From positions 334,245-374,000 of the forward strand of contig NW_025767631.1 in the NCBI RefSeq assembly GCF_003918875.1: DNA of 39,756 bases. Direction: 5' to 3'. Position 1 is the first letter of the stretch. Each line of letters opens with the position of its first letter. The notes beneath the pieces are model-generated. The model made no database searches and had not been told where the DNA came from. It worked only from the letters and a program-made list of their open reading frames with translations. The translations under genes and the position numbers were made by a program. Below, piece after piece: positions 22,881 to 34,798 of this stretch. The DNA is from Haliotis rubra. Taxonomy: Eukaryota.

Positions 22881-22952
22881 GTACGTGTTTCTGGTTCTTG
22901 GGCTGACATGTGGTTTCCTAACAGGAGTTGTCCTCGCTGTGTACAGTAAGAG
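22862..22952 (+). CDS. Gene 1 exon 6: transmembrane helix
   Basis: gtgtttcag| (C)LDHYLPYVFLVLGLTCGFLTGVVLAVYSK AG|gtaggt, phase 1-2. The 5' boundary is ambiguous because the acceptor is repeated upstream. Confidence 0.8.
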
Positions 22953-23069
22953 GTAGGTTAACTCTACCACTAGGTGGGGTAGTTGTGTTGACGGAGCGTT
23001 GGTGTTAAACCGAGAGACAGAATGTCAGACTTACTTGATAACGTTGTAATGTATATCTGTCTCCTTCAG

Positions 23070-23313
23070 ATTTCTGAATCGATCGCGGTTCAAGAAGAAG
23101 CCTCCGTCCGCCCCTTGTGTTGCCCCGGTGAGGAGCCCCGAGGAGCCTGTGTACTCGCTGCCCTACAACCACCAGGGGAAACTAATTGTAGTCAGGTCCA
23201 TGAGGAAACAACGCGGTTTCCATGGTAACACCCAGTCAAACCACAGTTATTCATCTAATCCAACCATTGACAAGGAATTTGTGTACACAAAGGTAATGTA
23301 TGAATATAAATAA
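23070..23313 (+). CDS. Gene 1 exon 7: cytoplasmic tail and stop
   Basis: ctccttcag|, phase 2, gives RFLNRSRFKKKPPSAPCVAPVRSPEEPVYSLPYNHQG...DKEFVYTKVMYEYK*. A basic stop-transfer cluster follows the TM, and AATAAA overlaps the stop. Confidence 0.8.
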
Positions 23314-24754
23314 ACGTGTAACGATTGACAAAATTAAATCATAATGTAATATTTCTCTTTCAAAATCAAATGCATTATATAAACACGTTATCCTGTTGAA
23401 TTAAAATTATCAGGAATAGATTATCATCCTAATTTATAGTTTACAAACATTGTATTATTCCATTACGTAAGTTCTTGTATCATACAATGCTATGATCATT
23501 TATATTTAGGGTGAAGCTCCCGCTTCAAGTGTGTAGAATCGAGATCCTCCATGCAAACAGTTAATTTCTACCGGGTACCCACTTACTGCTATCAAAGCCG
23601 ATCGACGAACACCTGTTTTCAGTGATGTAACAAAATTCGGACGCTACACCAGCGAGCACAGAACCTTAGAATCTCACAGACCTACACACATGAAAGGCCT
23701 GATGGCTCACTCCTTCCATTGCTCAACATTCTGGTGGCGTACTGGGACCTGCAGAACACAGGGAAACACAGTTGACAGTTGTATACGAGTGTTATCTACA
23801 CGGCTGTTATTAATGTCCGTTGTCTCGTGCTTAATTTTACACTGCCAGTGATATGAATCTATATGAACGCGAGTCCTTTTCATTGTTTTAGCGAAGGCAG
23901 TTCGTTGAACAGGATTAATGCCTTTACTATGCATCGTATTTTTACTGTTTTGTCGCATGTAGGAGTGGAATAATTAGAAGTCATTTTACCCATTGTTAAC
24001 CTGTACCGGCAAACCCCATTGTTAGGCTGGTTTCTTGAAAGGGACTCCACATATTTACAAAGGGAGACTACTCCATACCCACTGTACAGGAACTATCCTC
24101 AAACTTCGACTATGGGCAAGGGTTGTGTTGGCATCTAAGGTAGAATGGCAACACATCCAGCCAGCTTCATGAGGGCAATGTCAAACGCTGCATTTAAAAT
24201 AGCATTCAACATTTTAGTCTCAGAAAGTTTGAGAGGTAACGCTGATGCATGTATTAGTTGCTTCTCGACGCTGGACATTTCATTGTTATCTGTGTGTTTA
24301 CACGTGAGCCTGTTTTTATTATCTATGTTGTAAATATTTAATCCAATTGCTATATACTGCCAGTATCACCGTCCATTATTAATAAACCAATACATTCTCA
24401 GATTTTGCTGAATAGTACGACATCGAAATATATACGTATTTCATGTCAGAGCATGATGGGCATTTTATGGGCGCTTTATTACGGTAGCGCCATGCATTTG
24501 GCATTGAAAACCCGTTTATTTTAATTCTCCACTTCCACGGGATGCCCTTATGTGGGTTATACTCTTATAGATCTATCTGTTTCCTACACTCGGCAACATG
24601 AATTTTACAAGTTATGAGTCTATACAAGTTTTGAGGGAATTCATTCGATACCAAGAACTTTCGACAGGTCAAAGAATCAAGGTGGACCAGTTTTGGTCCT
24701 GGGCCAGTGAACTACATGACCTTGGAACAAGTTCCTATTGTCCAGGGTACCCGA

Positions 24755-24869
24755 CCAGGGCCCCATTCCTCAGAGCTATCATAGAGCTACGACAGTCGTA
24801 AGTCTATGTTAAAGTATGGAAGTTACGATCATCATAGCGCTACGATCGCTTTGAGGAACAGGGCCCTGG
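24755..24869. mobile_element. Palindromic MITE (PIF/Harbinger-like GGGCCC ends)
   Basis: ccagggccccattcctcagagctatcatagagctacga is the near reverse complement of tcatagcgctacgatcgctttgaggaacagggccctgg. Confidence 0.8.
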
Positions 24870-25229
24870 GACAGTGGCGCTCACGGGAACAGGACAGGAC
24901 ACTAGATCACGTGTCACACGCACACGCACGCACGCACACACACATTGCTTATACACTCAAAGAACAAATCTATAAAAATATTTTCAAGTGTAATATAAGG
25001 CCATATTGCAACACGTTGTTGTGATGGAAAATCATGTTGTATTTGTTGACCTGTTTATAAGCAGAATAAATATCTTTATTTTTCGTTACGAGGAGTTTGA
25101 TTGTCTTTTGTACGGTCAATATATCCACGCTGTGGCCTGGGATAAATGGAAATAAGGTATATTAGGAACCGGACATGTCTTTTCTGGATGGGCAAAATGA
25201 TACAGTATATATATAGCGTGTACAGATGT

Positions 25230-25603
25230 GTACAAGAAGTGTGTACAGGTGTGGGATTCGGGTTGGGTGTACAGGTGTGGGAATCGGGTGGGTGTACTGG
25301 TGTGAGATTCACGTGTTGTGTACAGGTGTGTGATTTGGGGGAATGCACAGGTGTGGGATTCGGCTGGGTGTATAGGTGTGGGATTCAGGTGTACAGGTTT
25401 GTGATTTATGTCGGGTTTAGAGGTGTGAGATTCGGGTTGGGTACAGGTGTGGGATTCGGGTGTGGTGTACAGGTGTGAGATTCATGTGTTGTGTTGAGGT
25501 GTGTGATTCGGGTTGGGTGTACAGGCATGGGATTCATGTGTTGTGTACAGGCATGGGATTCATGTGTTGTGTACAGGTGTGGGATCGCGTGGGGTGTACA
25601 GGT
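25230..25603. repeat. ~26-bp degenerate GT-rich minisatellite
   Basis: Unit approximately gtgtacaggtgtgggattcgggttgg. Confidence 0.88.
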
Positions 25604-26741
25604 GATATTCACCACCAAGTCATTCACCACGCTATTAACTAAAACATCACGATTTGATTGTAAATCTTAATCTTAACTCACTCATCAACTGGGCGTATTT
25701 TTTAGTATATTTTATTATTGCAACGTGTTCACCCTGTTTTGTGCAATTTAAATTTACTTTCGGTTTGAGAAAAGCTGCATGGATCAGGTCAGACCAACTC
25801 TCCTGCTAAAACTTTCTGTCACCGAACATTGCGGAAGATTTAAAGTGACACAGCATACATTAGATCACAAGGTCACTGTGTTGGGTACGAGACGTTCAGT
25901 CGTGAGGCCGTCGTGAGGGACCAGTATCACGGAGTGGTACAATGGTGAAACCACTGACGGGGTAATTGTTCCCCTCCGTACTTTCGGTAGTGAGTAGCAC
26001 GTCCGCCCGCCCGGTTGCCCAGCCTGCACCTATAAACAGCCTGCACTCGCCATGTTTGTTCACAATGCTGTAGGCCAGTTTTTAGTTTAAGGATTTTGAT
26101 AGTGAGGACTTTGTTCTGCAGATCGATTATTTGACAAACAAAATTTTGGGAACGGAAGGTGATAGACGTAACGGAGTAGTTTGGCCTGGTCATTATATTG
26201 TATTTCTGAAATCTGACCCCGGTATATTTAATGACGTTTTTAGTGTCAGAAGGATCGTTACAGTGGGCGGTAAAACACAAGCTTGTCATTCTGCTGATAC
26301 TTTTTTCTGAAGTTTCCATATATAAGGTCCACAGATCCGCAAACCGATGAATCCCGTCCAAATGTGGAAATGATCCAAAACACATGCAAAGGCCTCCTCA
26401 ACGCGCCCCGTCAAACAATATAACAACATTATATCAACGTGGTAAGTTCGGGACTTATGATACTTATCTATGCTTGGTAAGATCGGGAATAAGATGTTTA
26501 ATTATTACTTTCGCAGTGTTTAGGTTTCTAATCATACTTGTAAAGCGTGTCAGTTTGATCATGGTGACACATGTCACGGTCGTTGATAGCTCTGATGTAC
26601 ATTATGTGTACAGATATTGTATTCAGAGTGATTCTATTCGGAGAGATTCTGGCTCAGTAAGACCAGCGGATCCTGGTAAGGGTCGCATCTCTGCACCACG
26701 CATGGCACCTGGGATGCTAAAAGTGTTGGATTTACTGCTTA

Positions 26742-26925
26742 AAAAGCCGCACTCAGCAATATTCCAGTATTAAGACCGCTGCCTGTAAATCTGGACCAGA
26801 CAATCCAGTCATCGATATTGTGAGTATAGGGTGACGATGACACACATTCAAGTAGCCGAGTCTGGCCGCCCGATTCCCCACGACCCGCATGGGTTGATGG
26901 GGACCTGATGGGAATTACCCTGGGA
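26742..26925 (-). mobile_element. Degenerate SINE family 1 copy
   Basis: gccgcactcagcaatattccag...ctggaccagacaatccagt...gcatgggtt. Confidence 0.7.
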
Positions 26926-27357
26926 TGTGAAACTGCGAGTGAAACTACTTGTGTATATGAAAGCCTGGACTTGTACAAGTTTCTAAAGTAATAATTAATA
27001 GTTTTAAATGAAAATTTCTAAAATATATATGATAAATAACAGACTGGCGTCCTTAGAATGTCCGCTTATCTAGACTTGTCTCTTGAGAGGATAGAATTAC
27101 TATACATGGGCTTAACATCCAGTAAAGCCTTGGAGAAGGCGACTGAAACTCGTACTGCTTGAGACACTAACACAGTTAAACTAACAGGATGTATGTCCTA
27201 TTGTGTACGGTGATTGTCCGGAGGAATGAACTTGATCTCCACATCTATCTTGGTGACACAGTTTAGTGTTGAAAAGTCAGCTATTTATGTCTACTGGGTT
27301 TCACACGGCCTAATTGTTTAGTCAAATAGTCAATTCGCGTCCTACTCACATGAACTA

Positions 27358-27805
27358 TACTGAACCACAAAAGAAACGCCGCCTTTCAAAACCAAATGCA
27401 AAATTTTCTTCTTACAAGGTGGTGTTTTATTATGATTGTGTCGTTTTGTTAACATGTTGTTCAATCCAAATTGACAGTTATTACCAACATCAGTGCATTT
27501 TCTGATGAAAAAAGCATATCGACCAAACGCAGTTAAAGGCAGACGTGGTAAAAGGTTCCGTATGACATTCGTGAAAATGAAAATGCATTTGCATATTGTT
27601 ACAACCCAATCAATGAAAGCGAGTCTCAAACTCGCCTGAAATCATGTTTGACACGACTTACGAGAGATCAGACGATTACAAGTTGGCCAGACTGCACGGA
27701 GGGTAGCCAAACATTTTAATGTTCATTTAGGACAATCTTTCGACTGCACGAGCGGTATCAGGCAATTAATAGCACCCAAGACCGTCCACGTAATTGGGCG
27801 ACCTT
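27358..27805 (+). mobile_element. Tc1 5' fragment (one TIR and HTH relic)
   Basis: TA|tactgaaccacaaaagaaac TIR-like end. Relic translation LQVGQTARRVAKHFNVH...TIFRLHERYQAINSTQDRPR..GRP. Confidence 0.7.
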
Positions 27806-29450
27806 CTTCTTTAACATCACAACGTCAATTTTTATTACAATTTGCGTCAAGTTACAGTTACAGTTTGCTGCAGTATTACAATTTGCGTTTTAGTACAATT
27901 TACGTCTATGCTATAAGCAACTGTACCTCCGCATGACAAGTATTTTGTCACTTTGATGTTTGAATTGACAGTGAGGTGTTGATAATGTCTGCATAAATTA
28001 TTAACATGACAGAGTCACAGAACCTGCATAAGTTGGAGTACTGGTGTAGTGTTCCAATAACTAATATAGAGTTCATAACATACTTATTCTAAATAATTCA
28101 ACAGGTGCATCTTTCAACACCTATTTATAAAAACAGCATTTCCTCCATTTAAGATCTTCATCAGTCGTGGTTAGAGCTTGCTCGAAACTCACATCTTTTG
28201 AATATAGAACAAAATGTACAGAGTTTTCGCTCTCAAATTATTTCTAGTTTTGTTTAACAACAAGTTAGAGTTCCAAGCAAGTCATCCATCCAAGACGTCA
28301 CATTAAGTGAGATAACCCTGCTCGTCTTGTGACCTCTGGAATCGATGTAACTTCTAGATTATATAAGTTCCTCAATCACCTCGTTTGAGACCAGCTAATT
28401 ACTCGCCAGAAAGAGAAAGTTGCCTTCCTTAATCCCGCATGTCGTGCTGACTCGTGGATAGGAAATTATGCCATTCCGAGCCTTTTATATGAAGATAAAT
28501 ACGAACCGGAGATTGACTGGTCTCTTGCCGTTGTATGCTGAACGGCCACAAAAGAAACGTCGCACCGGTAGCGTTTCTTAAAGCACACACTTTAATTCCT
28601 CTTGTTAACAATCAAAACTGAGGATTGAGTTCAAACTTGACAGTGCCCACATTTACAGGAATACTGACTACGCAGTTCACACACAATGAAATCACCAAAA
28701 TAGTACCATTAAGATACCCCAAAGTCAGTATCGTGTATGGCCTCGTGGGCATGATGATAGTGTTGCATTGTTCGTACACGCGATAGAATCAGCCGCTTGT
28801 TGAAGGTCATGGGCATACTGAATATGAGATTTTGTAGTATCGTGATACGTCTCGTATCGCCATCCTTATCGGGATTCGTATCGTATCATAGCTTATTAAA
28901 ATGTACAATACTTTGCTTAGCTCATCGTCATTCAGAAATGTTATTATCGTGGATGCATCGTATCGCAAGTTCTTATGCCAATACCAGCACGAATAATTGC
29001 AGTGGCTCAAGGGTGAAAATAGATACTTGGCGGACTAAAGCACGAAACTTTGCAAAGTGCTGGGGAATATCATGATAAAACATACTTTTGGGGCGTGCCC
29101 GATTTTTTTGGCCCATTCTCGAAAAATCCAAGATGGCGTCCAAGATGGCCGCCAAAAATCAAGATTTCAAGTTCTGTGCTCTGTCACTTTTCCCGGCTGG
29201 ATTAAAAGCAGAAAACCTTGCACAGTGCTGGGGAAAATCATGATAAAGCTATATTTCTTTGGGTGTGCCCGATTTCTTTGGCCTAATGTCCACTAAAACA
29301 CAAGACGGACGCCAAAAATAAAGAAAAGGCCACCGAGAATAGTGTGACATTTATAAAAAATCTTCATTGTTGCAATATATATGAGATATATTCGTCGTTC
29401 AAAGAGCTATTCTAACACTTTCACGAAATACAACAAACACGATTTATGTT

Positions 29451-29696
29451 TGAGTGAGTGAGTGAGTGAGTTTAGTTTTACGCCCGCACTCAGCAATATT
29501 CTATATAGCGGCGGTGCAAAATATCGAAGTCCTGGACCAAGACAATCCAGTGATCAACAGCATGAGCATCGATCTGCGTAATTAGGAACCGATGATATGT
29601 GTCAACCAAGTTAGCGAGCCTGACCACCCGATCCCGTTAGTCGTCTCTTACGACAAGCATGGGTTACTGAAGAATTCTAACGGAACTTCACGGGTT
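29451..29696 (-). mobile_element. SINE family 1, full length, nested in the Academ-like element
   Basis: (TGAG)n tail followed by the family-1 body ending cttcacgggt. Confidence 0.88.
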
Positions 29697-30012
29697 GATT
29701 TTGTTTAGTAGTCAGTCATGTGACATCATTTTGTCAAACATCGATCATTCTGACATGATTCTGTCAACATCGATCTCTATGATTCTTTAAGCAGTTCCTT
29801 TCTGGAATAGAATATGCATAGTTGGAGAAGATTTACAAATGCAGTACTTTGAGCATAGAGGTTGAGACTTGCAGCCACATTTGATAATGTTGTTGGATAA
29901 TGGTACCAGCGACCTATTTTAACGAAAACCTATTTACAACAGACACTATTTCAAGCTCTTCCAAACCAGAAATTTATTATTTTCTACTTCCTGGCAGTTA
30001 CTGTATAGTTCC

Positions 30013-31621
30013 ATGGCAAGCTACGTCTGGAGAGAGTTAGTGTGTCTGGAACTCATCATCAAGTCGAGGCACATCACCAAAGCTAAAGACGAATGTTGGA
30101 TCAAGCACTGCATTTGCCTTCTTGCTAAAGAACATTTGGAAGAGGATGAGTTTATTGCCTGGTGCATTTCATGCTTCTCGTCAATCCAGGAACAGGTTGC
30201 AGCAGGAGTAAGTTCTCTCCTTCCTCTCTTTAACGAAAAAGCAGCAATTCTTGCTATGGTTAGACATAGTATGTCTGTCATCAAGACAGTCACAGAACAT
30301 TGTCATGGATGTAAACCAACCACTTTTTGTGCTAGCAAAATATTTTCAATGGCGATGGCCTAATGTGTTTGGTGAGGACGTGTACACTATCATGCTTGGA
30401 GGTCTTCCAATGGTTGGGGACTTGTTGGAAGATTCTGGGTGAACTTCAGCACTAACAGAAGCGGGTATTGCCTCAAGTGGAACAGCTGAATCTTTCATTT
30501 CGTCTCATGTTACACAGACATGCTCATCAAATAGCTGCCATACGACAAGCAAAGCTTACATGTCCTCACTGGAACCGCATGTTCAACAATCATTTGAAGA
30601 CTGGCTGGGCAAATTGGATCTCAGGAAAGAGTCCAACATTCAAATACTGGGATTTGATCCTTCATCTTGAGACAATGATACCAATCTTTGTGAAGTCCCA
30701 TCGTGAAAGAAATATGTCTCTGTACATCCAGTTAATGGAACAAATTGTCCCTTGGTTCTTTGCTCTTGATCACACCAACTATGCACGCTGGCTGTCAGTT
30801 CACATCGGAGATATGAAAGCCCTGCCTGTTGACAGCAGAGCGTCCCTTCAGAGTGGTTGGGTTTTCTCAAAAATGCCAAACACATTTTCTGTCATGCTTT
30901 GGTTGTAACACACTCAGTTGGTGCAGTTGGATTAACAGAAAATGTTGCCAAACTGCAAAACAGATCAGAGCTCTTACATTATCTTGCATAACCTGAGTAT
31001 GACTCTGTTCGAGACAACACGAGAAACGCGAAGAAAAGGCAGTAGAAGAAAAGTTCCCGTCGTATTAGATTACCTATGATCTTTGCTTCTTTTCTGAAAG
31101 AATCAAAGGACAAAGAAAAACCCTTTGCATTCATAACAGATGGTGTGGCTAGCAGCTCGTACCAACCAGCAAAGGTGGTGTTCATAACAGCTGTGCAGTC
31201 AGTGGTGACAGTAGGAAGTGAAGTGAATACAGTGCACTGATCAGGAAGAGGTGAAAACCAGAATCTGCATTTATGCCAAAGATGCTTTGCAAAAAGGTGT
31301 ACAAACATTATGGTTAGCACTGTCGACACAAATGCTGTTGTCCAAACTGCTGGTCTGCTTATGGTTGGCTGTGAGGTGTCATTAGGAAAGGAAAAACTTT
31401 TAGATATTATCACATCAACAGAATATTCCAAGATCTTGGCTGTCGAAGATGAGTGGCGCTTCCTTTTTTCCACACATTCACTGGTTCTGACATATCATGG
31501 AAAAGGCAAGAAAATTGCTTGGAAGACTTCGATATCCTGTGAGGATGTGACTGAGAGATTTCCTTTTCCTGCACAGCATCCATTCCAACCTGTGGACAAA
31601 GACTCAGATGTGTTTTCATAA
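30013..31621 (+). pseudogene. Academ-type transposase/XPG-like nuclease pseudogene
   Basis: Fragments SLLPLFNEKA..AMVRHSM, NQPLFVLAKYFQWRWP..FGED...MLGGL, IASSGTAESF, SPTFKYW, WFFALDHTNYARWLSVH..DM, STVDTNAVV and FHTFTGSD..HGKGKKIAWK, with many stops and frameshifts. Confidence 0.8.
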
Positions 31622-31650
31622 GCTGTGTTTGACAGCACTACATCTGTATT

Positions 31651-31789
31651 GCTTTTTAGCAATATTCCAGCAATATCACGGCGGGGACACCATAAATGGG
31701 TTTCACACTTTGTACCCATGTGGGGAATCGAACCCGGGTTTTCGACGAGACGAGCGAAAGCTTTAACCACTAGGCTACCCCACCGCCTC
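31651..31789 (-). mobile_element. tRNA(Asp-like)-derived SINE family 2
   Basis: Minus strand reads gaggcggtggggtagcctagtggttaaagc...cccgggttcgattccccac...gctggaatattgctaaaaagc (A and B boxes). Confidence 0.88.
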
Positions 31790-32502
31790 AATAGCCCTTT
31801 GAACGACGAATATATTCATATATTGCAACAAATGAAGATTTTTTTTAGTCGTCGACCATTCTGGGTGGACTTCAGCACTCTTTGATTTTTGGGGAAAATA
31901 GGCCCAAGAAATCGGGCACACTGAAAAATATGTTTTGTCATAATTTTCCCTAGCACTGTGGAAGGTTTTCTGTTATAATGCAGCGGGGAAAGTCAAATAG
32001 TGTTAGAAGTGGAAATCTTTGATTTTGGCGGCCATCTTGGACGCCATCTTGAATTTAATCGGAAAGTGGGCCCCAAAATCGGGCGCCCCCAAAAAATATG
32101 TCTTAGCATGATATTCCCCAGCATTTTGCGAAGTTTCATGCTTTCGGACCTAAGCCACTGCACTATAGCATATTCGTAAAGAGCGTTCCACGGGGACATA
32201 ACTCTATGGGGTTCGCTTGAAATAAAGTTTGGTCGGTTAAGCGCGCGAGTCGATTTAATGTAACGTTGCATTTAATTCATTCAAACTTTTAATTTCATCT
32301 TGTAATCTTAATACGTATTTTTTCGGAATAAGCTGGGGATGGATAGTTAGTACTAATGAGAGAAATAAAATATTGCTTTGAAGAGAAGTGTGGCGTGACA
32401 GTGTGCCTGTAAAGCCGGAAATAATCCCCGTCAACGGTTTTACCCGAGTGTAGAAAACGGGAAATGTTTTGACGCCACAACCCCTGGTGTGTGCCACCAA
32501 CC

Positions 32503-32560
32503 ATGAGGCCCATGAGGGTGTCAACAACACTACTGGTACTAATGGTGTCCTATTGTTCTG
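32503..32560 (+). CDS. Gene 2 exon 1: signal peptide MRPMRVSTTLLVLMVSYCS(G)
   Basis: caaccATG context, hydrophobic core and phase-1 donor CTG|gtgagt. It is 58 nt like gene 1 exon 1, with an alternative in-frame ATG at 32512. Confidence 0.72.
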
Positions 32561-34404
32561 GTGAGTAGATTAATGAGCGTGAAGAACAATTTCTGCTGTT
32601 AATCAAATATCTGCTTGTAGAGAATGATAGTACGTGGCTATCACTACAGTTGTCTTTCCAACATGGATGACCCAGTCGTATCCCCGACAAGCACATTTAC
32701 CTGAGATCGACTCTGACCCAAGTTCTATTGTCATTGTTCCAAACGTCAGAGGCGTGCATCACTTCCTCCCGATAGTATAACAGAAAGTGTTGTCTGAAGG
32801 GGTTAAACAAAGCTCACTCACTCACTCCTTGACGGGGTTAAACCACACTCACTCACTTACTCACTCCTGGTCGGAACAACACTCATAGTTCTAACATCTG
32901 AGATGTGTTCTTCCTGGCCACCAGCGAGGTAGAATTAAATTAAAACTCTTTTCAGTTTAGAAATTTCGTGGCTTCAATTGAATTTTACAGATTTCGAATG
33001 GAAGTTGGAAACCACCACACTGAACACAGTTCATTTATCTATATTCTACCCAGACACAATTATTCGAGATTAGATAGCATCGGTAGAGGGTATTTTCAGT
33101 AGGTTGAAAGGGTAATTCACGCATCAGTGAAGATAAATAGTTGTTAGCATAAATGTTCATATTAGCATATGAATCTTTTCCATAGCCGCTTCATTGAGAC
33201 AAAACGTTGGTACATGTTCAGTAAATATTATTCAAAACAACTTACCAGGAGAAAATGATGCTACCTATAGAGGTTAAAATCTAACTTGCATACCACTGCT
33301 CTCACATGCCTTGTTTCTGACGGTAGTGTAAGCATTCTGACGAACAGACATGACGTCACTACAAGGGCTAGATAGGTGTTGATGTGACTGAATATTTCAA
33401 TACACTCTTCAACGTTTTCTCCTGAACATTTGTTGTGTACGTGAGGCAAGGTCCGAACGGGTGTGTTTGCTGGAGAAGGGTCTCTGAAAAAATCTCCTCT
33501 ACTGCGATGCGGTAATAATCGTGGTGCTTTAACCCACATTACACTATCTTGATACCCACATCACCAAATAGGTGGACATAGTGTTTCCAAGTTCAATCTC
33601 ATTTTTTCTCTGAACTCATGTGTCATGTAATATTTTATTCATGCGTTAAATTAGCGTTGAGTACACGAGAAGATGTGTGGAGGAAATAAAAAAACTATGT
33701 TCAGTGCATTTCTTTATTTCCACTTGTCCCATGGTATAGCCTTTGCATGTGTTTGTGACGAGAGTCAGTGGTTGGGCCGGATCTCTCGTCTCATCAGTAT
33801 TTCACAGTCACTCACTAATCTTAAGTCGGACTTAATCTTAATCTTAATCAAATTGGACTCAGATATTTGTTATGAATAAAATGAATGTTGTTTTAATTGT
33901 ACTTACTTGTTACTGAAATGTTGTTATATTGTGAAATGCTTGTACTGTGACGATTACAAAGGATCACGTGATAGGCCAGGGATATTCTCCAGTACAAAAT
34001 CTTTGATACAGTGTAAAACCAGCAAACGGAGAAATGTAATAAACGTAAATTACAGTACGGCATTAACTAAGTTTACAATGCAATAGAAATTACCGCAAAG
34101 TGATTACAATGGCGGTATACAATAGTGTGGTAATACAATCTGTTGGCCTTGATGTAATGTGAGATAATATGGGCATGTGGTTGCCCCTTGTATAGTCTTA
34201 AATACTGCTACATGATCTGTATGTACCATGGCAGAATATCTGTGTTGTGTTTATACTTTCCAGATGAGACTTGACCTCCACACCATCTAATTAACGCAAC
34301 TTCCACACCATTATTTACGTCCGAAAGTTATACATTCCTGTAACATGTTATATTTGGGGTACCACTTTCTCAATAAAGTACAGATTCTAGTACTTTGGGG
34401 GGAT

Positions 34405-34482
34405 TTAGTCCCATCCTGGATTCGAACCTACTACAACCAGCACACAAAGTAAGTGATCTACCCCTCAGCCACCGTGGCTCCT
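34405..34482 (-). mobile_element. tRNA-like SINE head (family 3)
   Basis: Minus strand ggtggctgaggggtag...ggttcgaatccagg. Confidence 0.45.
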
Positions 34483-34798
34483 ACAAATATGGAAGTCGCA
34501 CAACTGGTAGTCAAGGTCACGTACTTCCTGAAAGCCGCGGTGTCTCGACCACACATGGGTTGACACTACTCATCTGTGCAACTTGGATACCTTGACATGT
34601 ATCAACCAAGTAATCCAGTCTCACCTCCTGACCCCGTTACAACGAGTTGTTGCTGTAGACCAATTCTAATCAATTTTCAGTTATTATTTGTAAGAAACAG
34701 TTGACATTCCGTGATATGCCGTACGGAGAATCAGCAACTCACTCTTCACACTGACATCATTCTGAGAAGTTTGTTCATTGACGTCTGCTGTATTTCAG

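Larger units (their letters stand above)
28995..32165 (+). mobile_element. Academ (AcademX-like) DNA transposon relic with ~400-bp imperfect TIRs
   Basis: TIRs at 28995-~29410 and ~31790-32165 (tgcagtggc...tgctggggaatatcatg...caagatggcgtccaagatggccgccaaaa...aaaatcttcatt..ttgcaatatat). An internal frameshifted transposase is present. No TSD was found. Confidence 0.8.

Noticed and set aside
22079-22949. 276-aa minus-strand and 282-aa plus-strand repeat ORFs as standalone genes
   Set aside because: They are by-products of a stop-free 30-bp unit. Only the frame joining the TM exon has contextual support.
22941-22950. Alternative donor A|gtaaga after 22945 for the TM exon
   Set aside because: It gives phase 1, incompatible with the frame yielding the basic stop-transfer sequence and Tyr tail. 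The donor at 22952 fits.
28125-28170. Minus-strand CTGATGA...GAAA hammerhead ribozyme core
   Set aside because: I could not form stem II or the flanking stems.
31700-31789. tRNA gene (also at 7666, 37897 and 39401)
   Set aside because: A and B boxes are present but are followed by the SINE body and tail, with no convincing acceptor stem.
32410-32470. NF-kB sites upstream of gene 2
   Set aside because: ggaaataatcccc and gggaaatgtt do not match GGGRNNYYCC.
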